DNA from: an uncultured bacterium | GTDB taxonomy: Bacteria > Babelota > Babeliae > Babelales > Babelaceae | Reading direction: 5' to 3' | Length of the DNA stretch: 64,000 bases | Assembly: GCA_963717435.1 (NCBI GenBank) | Contig: OY970332.1 | Span: 928,001-992,000, forward strand | Shown: positions 47,583 to 57,370 of the stretch, piece after piece | How the letters are laid out: every line of letters begins with the position of its first letter | Numbering within the stretch: position 1 is the stretch's first letter | Program-made: the position numbers and the translations under genes | Notes under the pieces: generated by a model | Seen by the model: the letters and a program-made list of their open reading frames with translations, nothing else | Told to the model about the DNA's origin: nothing | The model's database searches: none

Positions 47583-48584
47583 ATGGAACTTGCTTTTTCT
47601 TGGGGTAATTTTGGTTATATTTTTTATCTGGCCCCTGTATTAATTTTTTCATGTTTTTTATTATTTTATAATTTTTTTAATCAAAAAAAATATTACAAAA
47701 TTTTAACCTTTGACGGGCATTTTAAAGATTTGCTTGTAAATTTTTCTTTAAACAAAAAATTAATAAAAATAGTTTTGCTTGTTTTGGCGCTTCTCTCTTT
47801 GATTGTGGCAATAGCGCGCCCCGGCTTTGGAAAAACTGAAGAAAAAATTAAGCAGGAGGGGCGAGATTTATTTGTTGCTATCGATATTTCGCGCAGCATG
47901 CTCTCCAATGACGTAGGCCCCAATAGACTTGAGTTTGCAAAACAAAAAATTAAAGATTTAATTAACTCACTTAATACTGAACGCGTTGGACTTATGATCT
48001 TTGCAAGTTCTGCAATAATTCAAACCCCATTAACCACTGATTATCAGGTTTTTAAGTCTTTTTTGGACTCTCTTGATGTTGATACGGTTTCTTCAGGAAG
48101 TACCGATATTGGACAGGCCCTGCAAAAAGCTGTCTCTATATTTGAAGATTCGCCCGGCAAAAAAACTAAGTTGTTATTTGTTTTGACTGATGGGGAAGAT
48201 TTCTCGCAAAATCTGGAAGATATAAAAAATAAAATAGTATCAAACTCGATACATGTGATCACTATGGGTATCGGAACCGCTGAAGGCGGTCCTGTTCCTG
48301 TTGTTGGAGAACGTGGGAATCTTGAGGGTCACCAAAAAGATGAGCATGGCAATATTATTATTTCAAAATTAAATGAAAAAGTGCTTCGTGATATTGCAAG
48401 CAAATCTGGCGGAATATACTTGCGCGCAAGCAAAGATGACACTGATGTTAAGAAGATAAAAAGATATATCGAGCGATTTGAAAGCGAGCAATACGAAGAT
48501 CGCGATTTTAGTTTGCAAAACGAAAAATATTTTTATTTTGCTTTTATTAGCTTGATTTTATTGATATTGGAGTGGTTATTGTGA
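47583..48584 (+). CDS. batB: BatB-like VWA protein
   Basis: DISRSM, PNRLEFAK, PLTTDY, TDGED and GIGTAEGG. Confidence 0.85.
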   Translation: MELAFSWGNFGYIFYLAPVLIFSCFLLFYNFFNQKKYYKILTFDGHFKDLLVNFSLNKKLIKIVLLVLALLSLIVAIARPGFGKTEEKIKQEGRDLFVAIDISRSMLSNDVGPNRLEFAKQKIKDLINSLNTERVGLMIFASSAIIQTPLTTDYQVFKSFLDSLDVDTVSSGSTDIGQALQKAVSIFEDSPGKKTKLLFVLTDGEDFSQNLEDIKNKIVSNSIHVITMGIGTAEGGPVPVVGERGNLEGHQKDEHGNIIISKLNEKVLRDIASKSGGIYLRASKDDTDVKKIKRYIERFESEQYEDRDFSLQNEKYFYFAFISLILLILEWLL

Positions 48585-49537
48585 TTATTAATTTGATAAG
48601 CAAATTTGCGATTTTTGTTTTTTTAGCTTGTTCTACGATCTCTTATTGTGCGCAAGAGACTGATTATAAACTACTGGGAAGTAATTATGAGCAGGAGATT
48701 ATTAACGACCCAAATAACTTAGAAGCGCTTTATAATTTGGGAGTTGCTTTATATAAGCAGCAAGATTTTGATAACGCCGGTAAAGCTTTTGACCAGCTTT
48801 TGAATAATAAGAACTTGAATAAAGCGCAAGATATCCTTTATGAGTATGGGAATTTTAATTTGGGAAACTGTTATTTTCAGCAAAAAGAGTATCAAAAAGC
48901 GATAGACTCTTACGACAAAGTACTTGAAAAAAATCCCAATAACCAAAAAGCTTTAAAAAACAGAGAGATAGCAAAAAAGATGCTGGAAGAGCAGCAAAAG
49001 CAAGAACAGAATCAGGACAAGCAGGACAAACAAGAAAATAAAGATAATAAAAATTCGCAAGACAAAAATAATAATAAACAGGATCAAGAACAAAAACAGC
49101 AAGAGCAGCAACAAGAAAATCAAGATAATAAACAAGATAATAATAAAAATAATAAAGACTCTGGAAAGCAAGACAAACAACAAGAATCTGAGCAGAATCA
49201 AGAAAAATCTGGGCAAGAAAAAGACAAAAATAAAGATAAAAATAAAGAAAAAGAATCTGGCGAAAAAGAACAACAAAGTAAATCTCAGAATAAGTCTGGA
49301 GAAAAACAAGAGAATTCAGAAAATAGCCTAGAAAATAAGCCTGAAAATAAAGAAGCTGCACAAGCACAAGCTGCCGAAATGGCCGATAAATTTAAAGAAG
49401 AAGAGAGCAAACTTTCAGAAGCTGAGCAAGAGCTTGTTGCGGCTATCAAAGAACAAGAAACAGGGTCATATAAAAGATTTTTAAGATCAAACATTAAGCA
49501 TGATATGTCAGGAATGTATGGCGACAAGAACTGGTAA
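48581..49537 (+). CDS. batC: BatC-like TPR protein with Q/K/N/E-rich tail
   Basis: YNLGVALY and FNLGNCYF TPRs, low-complexity tail, ends KNW. Confidence 0.8.
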   Translation: MIINLISKFAIFVFLACSTISYCAQETDYKLLGSNYEQEIINDPNNLEALYNLGVALYKQQDFDNAGKAFDQLLNNKNLNKAQDILYEYGNFNLGNCYFQQKEYQKAIDSYDKVLEKNPNNQKALKNREIAKKMLEEQQKQEQNQDKQDKQENKDNKNSQDKNNNKQDQEQKQQEQQQENQDNKQDNNKNNKDSGKQDKQQESEQNQEKSGQEKDKNKDKNKEKESGEKEQQSKSQNKSGEKQENSENSLENKPENKEAAQAQAAEMADKFKEEESKLSEAEQELVAAIKEQETGSYKRFLRSNIKHDMSGMYGDKNW

Positions 49538-51254
49538 ATTTTTATTACTGATTTTTTCTTTTATAAATATTTTTTTTACAAATATTTTATCACAAGATCC
49601 AAGAGTCTCTCTTAAGTTATTATCACCCAAGGGGATTCAAATAAAAAATCCCACTGAAAGTGAGACTTTCTTGCTTGAATTATCTGTACATGACGCGGAT
49701 ACTATTACGGGATTTGATATATCTAATCTTGATCAATTTAAAATTCGGGATCTTAGACGCGCGACAAACACTTCTATAATTAATGGCGTTAAATCAGAGG
49801 TCAAAAAATTTACATATAGCTTGGTTGCAGAAAAACCAGGCAAATTTGAGATCGGGCCGGTAACATTAAAAGCTGACGACAAAATAGTTACAGTTGATCC
49901 ATTTGAAATTACTGTACAGGAAAAAAGCTACGACGAGCCGTTTAAAAACTCTTCTGAGCCAGAAGCAAAATTAAAAATGTTAACCGACGGCAAGACTAAA
50001 ATATTTGTCGGACAAAAAATACCACTAAAAGTTAGATTTTATTACAATTCAGAAGATATCGCATGCGAAGCTATCTCAGATATAAATCCAGAAAATTTTA
50101 ATTTACTGTCTTATAGTGGCCCATTCGAGGGCTACGAGCAGATTGGCAAAGAAACATTTAAATATCTTGAGTGGGTTTATAATATTTTTGCAAAAAAATC
50201 TGGCAAATTAGTTTTGCCTGCACTTACCGCTGCCTATAATGTTTCCCGTTCAGATGACATATACTCGATAGCGCTGCGCATGTTTGGTGCTGCTTTGGAA
50301 CGCAAAATGATTGAATCTAAGCCATTAAATTTGCAGGTATTTGAAGTTCCGGAAAATCCAAAATTTGACGGAGCCATTGGCAAATTTACAAGTTTGATTT
50401 TGACTGCCACTGGAGATAAATTTTCTCAATCTGCTCCGATAGTGCTGAAATTGCAAATTGTTGGCGACGGCAATTTTGAAAATTTAAAATGGCCCAAGTT
50501 AAACCTTCCGGAGATATTTCGGGTTACAGAGTCGAAAAAATATTTTGAAGACGCAAGTAACAAAGTTACATTTGAGTATATACTTCAGGCTCTTGAAGCT
50601 GGGACATATAAAATTGGCCCTAAAGAACTTGTGTATTTTGATCCTGAATTTGAAAAGTTTGAAACTCTAAAAAGTAATAGCTTAAAATTTATTATAGAAC
50701 CTACAGCTGGGAATATCTCTTACGAAGACGAGCTTGATAAGTTTCTTGATTCTGAAAATAAAACTGCTAATAAGCCTGAATATTACGGATCTAAGTACAC
50801 AGAATATCTGTCGGGCTATTTTAAGTTGTCTGTTCTGCCCAACAAAATATTTAATATTTTATTTTTTGGGCCGTTAATTATTTTAATTTTATTAATATTA
50901 TATTTATTATTATCCCCAAATTACCAAGTTATTAAAGATTTTGTACTTAATAAATCTGCTTTTGGGTTGGCCAAATTGCGCGTCAGATTAGCCATGAGAA
51001 GCAATAGGCCTGACAAGGTTTATGACGCCTTTGATAAACTTTTCAGATCCAGATTGCCAAACTATTTTTTAGGTAATGCTGGGCAAGATATAGAAAATGT
51101 TTTAAACTTTCCTGACCAAAAAAATCAATGGCACGATTTTTACCTGGTTGTACTTGCTTATAAGTTCTCAAAAAATGGGATTAATTATCCAAAAGATTGG
51201 GTCTTTAAAAAAGCAATATACTGGATTAAAGAGTTAGAAAAAGCAAAAAATTAA
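49518..51254 (+). CDS. batD: BatD-like protein
   Basis: SIING, GAIGKF, GDGNF and YFDP motifs; operon position. Confidence 0.75.
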   Translation: MATRTGKFLLLIFSFINIFFTNILSQDPRVSLKLLSPKGIQIKNPTESETFLLELSVHDADTITGFDISNLDQFKIRDLRRATNTSIINGVKSEVKKFTYSLVAEKPGKFEIGPVTLKADDKIVTVDPFEITVQEKSYDEPFKNSSEPEAKLKMLTDGKTKIFVGQKIPLKVRFYYNSEDIACEAISDINPENFNLLSYSGPFEGYEQIGKETFKYLEWVYNIFAKKSGKLVLPALTAAYNVSRSDDIYSIALRMFGAALERKMIESKPLNLQVFEVPENPKFDGAIGKFTSLILTATGDKFSQSAPIVLKLQIVGDGNFENLKWPKLNLPEIFRVTESKKYFEDASNKVTFEYILQALEAGTYKIGPKELVYFDPEFEKFETLKSNSLKFIIEPTAGNISYEDELDKFLDSENKTANKPEYYGSKYTEYLSGYFKLSVLPNKIFNILFFGPLIILILLILYLLLSPNYQVIKDFVLNKSAFGLAKLRVRLAMRSNRPDKVYDAFDKLFRSRLPNYFLGNAGQDIENVLNFPDQKNQWHDFYLVVLAYKFSKNGINYPKDWVFKKAIYWIKELEKAKN

Positions 51255-51255
51255 T

Positions 51256-51837
51256 ATGACTAGCAATAATACTAATAATAATATAGATAATAACCCAGCA
51301 ATTCAGGCACTTTCGGAACTTAGAAGGGCGCAACAAACCAGCTTTGGTAGTTCTTATAAAGCTATAGAATCTGAGATAGAAAATATTAAAAAATCTGCTC
51401 AAATTAATTACACGAGCCTGTCTGATGGGAGTTACTTAAAATCTGCTGCTTGGTATTTTCCGCCCGTAGCTATTCAGGCAGGTTTTTTGGCTTTTTGGAT
51501 TCTTAGTCTTGTTTGTTTTTATAAGATTTTTAAGTTAAAAAAAATTAAGATCAAATATTTGTTTATCTTTTTTTTGACAACTTTAGTGGGTGTTTTTTTA
51601 CTATTCGATCTTAATCAGCGCAAGTTGAATTTTGCGGTAATTAAGCGGGATACTCAGTTAAAATTGGGGCCCGACAAGCAGCATATTTCAAGAAAAGATT
51701 TAAAAATTTTGGACGAAGTTAAAGTGATAGATAGGGTGGGGGACTGGTATAAAGTTGAAGCTGATAGTATAATTGGCTGGATTGAAAACACAGACTTGGA
51801 ATTGGTTAATAATTTGGTTAATAATAATGAATTTTAA
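51256..51837 (+). CDS. BatE-like protein (two TMs plus SH3b domain)
   Basis: LKLGPD...GDWYKV...IGWI SH3-like C-terminus. Confidence 0.65.
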   Translation: MTSNNTNNNIDNNPAIQALSELRRAQQTSFGSSYKAIESEIENIKKSAQINYTSLSDGSYLKSAAWYFPPVAIQAGFLAFWILSLVCFYKIFKLKKIKIKYLFIFFLTTLVGVFLLFDLNQRKLNFAVIKRDTQLKLGPDKQHISRKDLKILDEVKVIDRVGDWYKVEADSIIGWIENTDLELVNNLVNNNEF

Positions 51838-52078
51838 CGATTTAGCTAAGTTTGGCAGGTATATATTCTTCTTCATGTTCTTTCTAATGTTCAGTGTTAC
51901 TAGTTTATTAGTTTACGAATACAGTTACTTTAGAAACAAAGTTTTACAATTAGAGGCGCTTAAAGAAGATTATACAACTTACCTGCTTACACTTAAGAAA
52001 CTTATACTTGAATATGATCGCGTAAAAGATTCGCAGGATTCTGAAGTGAATCTTGATGAAAAAAAAAAGAGTGAGTGA
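51827..52078 (+). CDS. TM plus coiled-coil ORF, probably the N-terminal part of the M23 peptidase
   Basis: TM helix then coil; ends just after the A10 run and overlaps the M23 ORF, which is in the +1 frame. Confidence 0.55.
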   Translation: MNFNDLAKFGRYIFFFMFFLMFSVTSLLVYEYSYFRNKVLQLEALKEDYTTYLLTLKKLILEYDRVKDSQDSEVNLDEKKKSE

Positions 52079-52760
52079 CGCTCAGATTTTTGAATCATCA
52101 GATAGCGCAGAATCGGGGGATCTTTTTCCAGTAGTTAATAGAGAATCAGAATATTTACTTCGTGAGTCTTTGGCCTTTGCAAAGTTACATAATTTGGAAT
52201 TTGCTTTGCAAAAGATGTACGAAGCTGATGAACTGGTTGCAAGATCTAGTAATATAAGAACTACAAAGCGGGCCGCAAAAAGGCGGCGTTCATCAAGGGC
52301 TAATATCGAGGCGATGGCCCGTATTCAAGAAAAAATCGAAAGTTTCTCGCATAAGCGTGAACCGATATTTATCTGGCCGATCAAGCGCTCACAATTTTGG
52401 TTGAGTGCATTTTTTGGTCCAAGAAAAATTGCTGGAGTTTGGAGATTGCATAAAGGCATAGATATGGCGGCCGTTAAGGGAACGCCTATATTGGCAGCAG
52501 GTTCTGGCGTAGTTTCAGAGGCAAGATATGTTAGTGGTTATGGAAATACTATTTTGGTGACCCATAACAAGAAATTTAAAACACGATACGCGCATCTGTC
52601 TAAAATATTGGTAAAAGTTGGAGAAAAAGTTGAGCAGGGTGATATAATTGGAAAAGTTGGTGACACTGGATTTGTTAAAGGTCGCAACGGCTCCCATCTG
52701 CATTTTGAAGTTTACGTTTTTGAAAAACAGGTTAATCCGTTTTATTTTTTAATTAAATAG
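52053..52760 (+). CDS. M23 family metallopeptidase
   Basis: HKGID, GYGN, YAHL and HLHFE motifs. Confidence 0.9.
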   Translation: MMKKKRVSDAQIFESSDSAESGDLFPVVNRESEYLLRESLAFAKLHNLEFALQKMYEADELVARSSNIRTTKRAAKRRRSSRANIEAMARIQEKIESFSHKREPIFIWPIKRSQFWLSAFFGPRKIAGVWRLHKGIDMAAVKGTPILAAGSGVVSEARYVSGYGNTILVTHNKKFKTRYAHLSKILVKVGEKVEQGDIIGKVGDTGFVKGRNGSHLHFEVYVFEKQVNPFYFLIK

Positions 52761-52770
52761 GAAATATATT

Positions 52771-53574
52771 ATGGCTACAAACAGCAACAATAATTATTAT
52801 TGGGAAAATTTTAAGTCTATAGCGCTTATATTAATAGCGGCGTTTATTATAAGAACCGTGGGTTTTGGATTATATAAATTACCACCATCAGGTTCTATGG
52901 AAACGACACTATTAGATGGTGAATCTGTATTTGCGGACAAATTTTCTTATTGGATCACTTCGCCAAAACGTGGTGACATAATCGCATGTAATTCTCCAAA
53001 ATATGAGTATTCTTCAAACCCTGTAATTAAATGGTGGCAAAATTATGTTTGGGGCCCCGATAATTGGACAAAGAGGGTGATCGGTCTTCCGGGGGATCAC
53101 GTTCAGGGCGTTATCGAAGATGGCAAACCGGTAGTTTATGTTAATGGGCAAAAACTTGACGAGCCGTATGTAAATAAATACCCACTAATAAGATGTTCAG
53201 GTGAACATGCAAAGTCATTTGACCCAAATTGCGATTTTAATAATCAGCCGTTTTATAGACTTGATAAAAACAAAGTTGTTACAAACAACGAGGGGCAAGT
53301 TTCTATAATTCCTGCTCAAACCCCGATTACTATCGACGAATTTGATGTAAATCTTGGTCCGACAGAATATTGGCTGATGGGCGATAACAGACTTAACAGT
53401 GCTGACTCTCGAGTTGTTGGGCCGGTCGATAAATCTTTAATTCATGGAAAAATTATTTTTAGAATATTTTCTGTGGACTCTAATGAAAATTGGATGATAC
53501 TAGATTTATTAAAACACCCGATAGATTTTTTCAAAAGAGTAAGATGGTCCCGATGCCTAAATGTGGTGTCTTAA
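52771..53574 (+). CDS. lepB: Signal peptidase I
   Basis: SGSMETTL, KRVIGLPGD and MGDNRLNSADSR. Confidence 0.95.
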   Translation: MATNSNNNYYWENFKSIALILIAAFIIRTVGFGLYKLPPSGSMETTLLDGESVFADKFSYWITSPKRGDIIACNSPKYEYSSNPVIKWWQNYVWGPDNWTKRVIGLPGDHVQGVIEDGKPVVYVNGQKLDEPYVNKYPLIRCSGEHAKSFDPNCDFNNQPFYRLDKNKVVTNNEGQVSIIPAQTPITIDEFDVNLGPTEYWLMGDNRLNSADSRVVGPVDKSLIHGKIIFRIFSVDSNENWMILDLLKHPIDFFKRVRWSRCLNVVS

Positions 53575-53589
53575 TATTGTAAGATAAAT

Positions 53590-54543
53590 ATGCAAAATTC
53601 GATTTTATCTGTTGAAAATTTAACTAAAACTTTTTACGCAAAAAAATTCTGGTTCAGAAATGCTGAGCCAGAATTTACCGCTCTTAATAATATTAATTTT
53701 GAGCTTAATCAAGGTGAGATATTGGGTTTTCTTGGGCCAAATGGTGCCGGAAAAACTACTACGATCTCTATTTTGTTGGGCGTTATGTCGCCAACATCGG
53801 GTAATATAAAATATTTTGGAAAAAGCCTTTCTAAATATAGATCAGAAATATTGCAGCAGGTTTCATTTGCAAGTACATATGTCAAACTTCCAAGTAGATT
53901 AACAATTTATGAAAATCTTGATGTCTATGCGAAAATTTATGGCATGCGATATGCAGATAGAGTTGAAAATATTAGCAAGTTTTTGAAATATTTTGATTTG
54001 TGGGATTTGAGAAACAGGGACACGGGAAGTTTATCTGCGGGCCAGACAACGCGTGTTATGGTTGTTAAAGCCTTTCTTGCAAGACCTAAAATTGTTCTTC
54101 TTGATGAGCCGACCGCGTCTCTCGATCCCGATATATCTAAGATGGTCAGAGAATTTATAAAGATGCAAAGAGATGAAAATGGGGTTTCTATATTATTAAC
54201 TTCGCACAATATGGACGAGGTTACTGAAAGTTGTAATAGAGTAGTAGTTTTAAAAAATGGCAATATTATTGCAAATAATACACCGGAGCAGTTAGCTGCC
54301 AGTGTTACAAATTCTAAAGTTCAGTTACTTGTTACAAAAAATTTAGATTTGGCTAAAAATTTATGCAAGCAAAAAAATCTTGTCTGTTCTGTTGATAATC
54401 TGTTTTTAAATATAGAAATCGATGAAAAACATGTAGCAAGCTTACTTTCTGAACTTGCCCATCTTAATGTTATTTATGACCAGATTTCGATAGAAAAGCC
54501 GACACTTGAAGATTATTTTTTGCAAATATCTGAAACTAAATAA
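53590..54543 (+). CDS. ABC-2 exporter ATP-binding protein
   Basis: GPNGAGKTT, LSAGQ, LLDEPT and PTLEDYF. Confidence 0.9.
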   Translation: MQNSILSVENLTKTFYAKKFWFRNAEPEFTALNNINFELNQGEILGFLGPNGAGKTTTISILLGVMSPTSGNIKYFGKSLSKYRSEILQQVSFASTYVKLPSRLTIYENLDVYAKIYGMRYADRVENISKFLKYFDLWDLRNRDTGSLSAGQTTRVMVVKAFLARPKIVLLDEPTASLDPDISKMVREFIKMQRDENGVSILLTSHNMDEVTESCNRVVVLKNGNIIANNTPEQLAASVTNSKVQLLVTKNLDLAKNLCKQKNLVCSVDNLFLNIEIDEKHVASLLSELAHLNVIYDQISIEKPTLEDYFLQISETK

Positions 54544-54577
54544 AAAATAGTGAGTAATTGAAACGGGTGATTTAAAT

Positions 54578-55369
54578 ATGAAACTTATAAGAATATCAGC
54601 AGTTATACAGCGCCATTTGTTTATCACGTTGCGCGACGCTAGTGTAATTTCTGAACTTTTTTACTGGCCACTATACGATATAATATTGTGGGGCTTTGCA
54701 ACAACATGGTTTGGAGCTGGTGACCCCAAAGACCAAAAAATTGTCTTAGCAACGCTTGCTTGTCTTGTATTGTGGCAGGTTGTTTATAGGACTTGCCAAG
54801 ATGTTTGTCGAGGTATGGTAGAAGAAATTTGGTCCCGTAATTTAGTTAATCTTTTTTCGACGCCAATCTCAATTGTTGAATGGCTCTTAGGAGTTATGGC
54901 CCTGGGATTGCTTAAAGTTGTCCCATCTTTAATTTTTGCAGCTACAGCCGTTTGGTATCTTTATAATATAAATATTTTGTCTTTGGGACTTGTATTGGTC
55001 CCATATATTTTGTCTTTGATTGTTTCCGGTTGGTGCATAGGAATCTTGATTTCATGTTTCTTAATTTCCTGGGGACATAGAGCGCAGACTTTAGTTTGGA
55101 CCTTGGCTTATGCATTTGCGCCAATGTCTGGTGTCTTTTTTTCTATATCAGTTTTTCCCAAGTCGATCCAAATTATAGCCAAATTACTTCCGACAACTTA
55201 TATTTTTGCATCTGCAAGAGAACTTATTTTTAATAATATTATTAACTGGCACTATTTTTATATAGCTACCGTTTTAAATATTTTTTACTTTATTATAACT
55301 TTATTATTATTTAAATTTAGCTTTGAAAGAAGTCGTGCTTTGGGTCTTGCAAGACTTGAAGTTGACTAG
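54578..55369 (+). CDS. ABC-2 exporter permease
   Basis: Six TM segments; EIWSRNLVNLFSTP. Confidence 0.85.
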   Translation: MKLIRISAVIQRHLFITLRDASVISELFYWPLYDIILWGFATTWFGAGDPKDQKIVLATLACLVLWQVVYRTCQDVCRGMVEEIWSRNLVNLFSTPISIVEWLLGVMALGLLKVVPSLIFAATAVWYLYNINILSLGLVLVPYILSLIVSGWCIGILISCFLISWGHRAQTLVWTLAYAFAPMSGVFFSISVFPKSIQIIAKLLPTTYIFASARELIFNNIINWHYFYIATVLNIFYFIITLLLFKFSFERSRALGLARLEVD

Positions 55370-55388
55370 AATTTAAAAAAAAGTGAAT

Positions 55389-56063
55389 TTATCTTGAAGG
55401 CACATATAGAGACGTGCCAATTCTTTGTGGCGCACTTCCGGAAGACTTGTATATCGAAGTGGTACCGGTGGTTTCTGGCGCGGTTTCAAGTGGTTGTACG
55501 ACATTAAGATTAAATGGTCTAAAACTGTAGCCGGCTAGTGGCCCAACTTGCGAATTGCATCTAAGATATTTATCGCTTTCTTGAAATCCAGATAAGCTCA
55601 CAACCCCTGCGCAGTCTACTAATACGGGTTCTTGTTTTACTCCATTTATTGTCGATAGTTTTGCGCATGATATTGAATAGTAATCTGATATTGTTGTTCC
55701 ACTTGAATCGTACATTACATAGAAAGTTTTTAATTTTTCAGGATTTTTTTTAATCTCTTCAGGCGAATCATATTTTATTTCTATTGCATTATTTAAGGGC
55801 ACCCGTTCTTCTTGATCATTATTTCCAAGAAAATGGCGCCAAGATTTTAGTTCAAGAATATCGTTTTTGTAATCCCAATTTTCTATCGCCTGTGTTGGTT
55901 GTTGAATTATAACCCCGCCACAGGATTCTGTCGGCGCAACCATTACTATTTCATTGTTTTTAAAACTGGGTATAATTTTTTCAACCCTTGTTGCTGAAAA
56001 AACATGAACAAAGCTAAAAATTGTTCCAATTAAAATTGTTAAATTTAAACTAAACCTGTTCAT
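55389..56063 (-). CDS. Secreted four-Cys protein, distant paralog of the two upstream genes
   Basis: Signal peptide; SCGG, YSISC, VDCAGVV and LRC. Confidence 0.6.
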   Translation of the reverse strand: MNRFSLNLTILIGTIFSFVHVFSATRVEKIIPSFKNNEIVMVAPTESCGGVIIQQPTQAIENWDYKNDILELKSWRHFLGNNDQEERVPLNNAIEIKYDSPEEIKKNPEKLKTFYVMYDSSGTTISDYYSISCAKLSTINGVKQEPVLVDCAGVVSLSGFQESDKYLRCNSQVGPLAGYSFRPFNLNVVQPLETAPETTGTTSIYKSSGSAPQRIGTSLYVPSR

Positions 56064-56100
56064 GATTTTTCCAACTTTTTATACTAATTTTTTATTATAT

Positions 56101-56562
56101 TTAACCTTGGTTCATCTTCAAGCCTGTGTAACCTTCGTCGCCCACACCCGGACCTGCGTTTCCAGGTAGGCAAGCGGTGTTATGACGAATATTCTCCATA
56201 GTTACTACTTCTGAACAATTAGCGTTCGACCACTTATCATTCTTTTTGCTTTTACAATATATTCTGTAATAGCCTCCCTGTCCGCCCGAATCATATCTAA
56301 ATCTATGACCGTCAACTTCCAATCCATTTCCACCATTATCATAAGATCCCAAAAGAGTTTTGGCATCTGTATTTGATTCAACTTTGTATGATTCTAGTTT
56401 TACAAGCGCTCCAGATTTTGGTTTTATTGTCAATCCACCACATGTTGAAGGGTTGGCAGCCAGATTAATGTAGCCTGAGACAAATACTGGCAATATATTA
56501 TTAGCTTGAAGCATAAAAATGCTTAGCGTTAAAGTTAAAAATGATATTAATTTAAACTTCAT
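56101..56562 (-). CDS. Secreted four-Cys protein, paralog 2
   Basis: Signal peptide; STCGG, LGSYDNGGNGL, YRIYC and NCSEVVT. Confidence 0.7.
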   Translation of the reverse strand: MKFKLISFLTLTLSIFMLQANNILPVFVSGYINLAANPSTCGGLTIKPKSGALVKLESYKVESNTDAKTLLGSYDNGGNGLEVDGHRFRYDSGGQGGYYRIYCKSKKNDKWSNANCSEVVTMENIRHNTACLPGNAGPGVGDEGYTGLKMNQG

Positions 56563-56620
56563 TGAAATCTCCTTGAAAAAGCAAAGTGGCCGGAAGTTAT
56601 CCGGCCATCTATCTGTAAAT

Positions 56621-57121
56621 TTAAGCTTGGTTCATCTTAAGATCGTTATAACCTTCACTACCCACACCCGGGCCTGTGATAAAGTCACTTGTTCCACAAG
56701 ATTCGTTATGACGAATATTGTCTATAGTTACTACATCTGAACAATTAACGTTTGTCCATTCATCATTCTTTTTCATTTTTCTCTTACAGTATATTCTGTA
56801 ATGGGTCAAGCTTCCTGATCCCGCCCAGTCATATCTGAATCTTTTGCCGCCATCATCTAATCCATTTCCACCATTATCATAAGAACCTAATTGACCATCA
56901 GTTGTATCAGCTGTATCCGTTCCAATTGGAGAATAATACTTATATGATTCCAGTCTCACCAGACCAGCTCCTGATTTTGGTCGGATGGTGAACCCGCCAC
57001 AAGTAGAACCCCTTGCAACCAATTTAATATAGTTTGACACAAATATAGGCTCTGTGTTGTCCGCTTGAAGCATAAAAATGCTCAGCGATAAAGTTAAAAA
57101 TGATATTGATTTGAAATTCAT
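56621..57121 (-). CDS. Secreted four-Cys protein, paralog 1
   Basis: Near-identical signal peptide and motifs to 56101-56562. Confidence 0.7.
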   Translation of the reverse strand: MNFKSISFLTLSLSIFMLQADNTEPIFVSNYIKLVARGSTCGGFTIRPKSGAGLVRLESYKYYSPIGTDTADTTDGQLGSYDNGGNGLDDGGKRFRYDWAGSGSLTHYRIYCKRKMKKNDEWTNVNCSDVVTIDNIRHNESCGTSDFITGPGVGSEGYNDLKMNQA

Positions 57122-57370
57122 CGAAACCTCCTTTTAGGTTTATAAATTATTAAAACTCTCTAATTTTCTATCTCTATTACCATATTAATACAAATAGAAA
57201 CAATAATTCAACAATTTATATATAAACTTATTCGCCGTCACTTATATTACATTCTATTGCTTCTGATAATCCCCTTTTTATAATCTTTTATTAGTTTATG
57301 GATTTTGTAACTATTTTTCAGGTATAAAATTACTGTTTTTTTGTATTTTTTAATAAGGGGGTAGGATATC

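Noticed and set aside
48855-49367. Very hydrophobic minus-strand ORFs
   Set aside because: Antisense artefacts of the low-complexity Q/K/N/E tail of BatC
46588-51837. Bat operon lacking MoxR and DUF58 genes as a novel system
   Set aside because: batA-E is a known cluster and the missing partners may lie outside the window
52063-52069. Canonical -1 ribosomal frameshift at A AAA AAG
   Set aside because: The M23 ORF is in the +1 frame, so a -1 shift would not reach it
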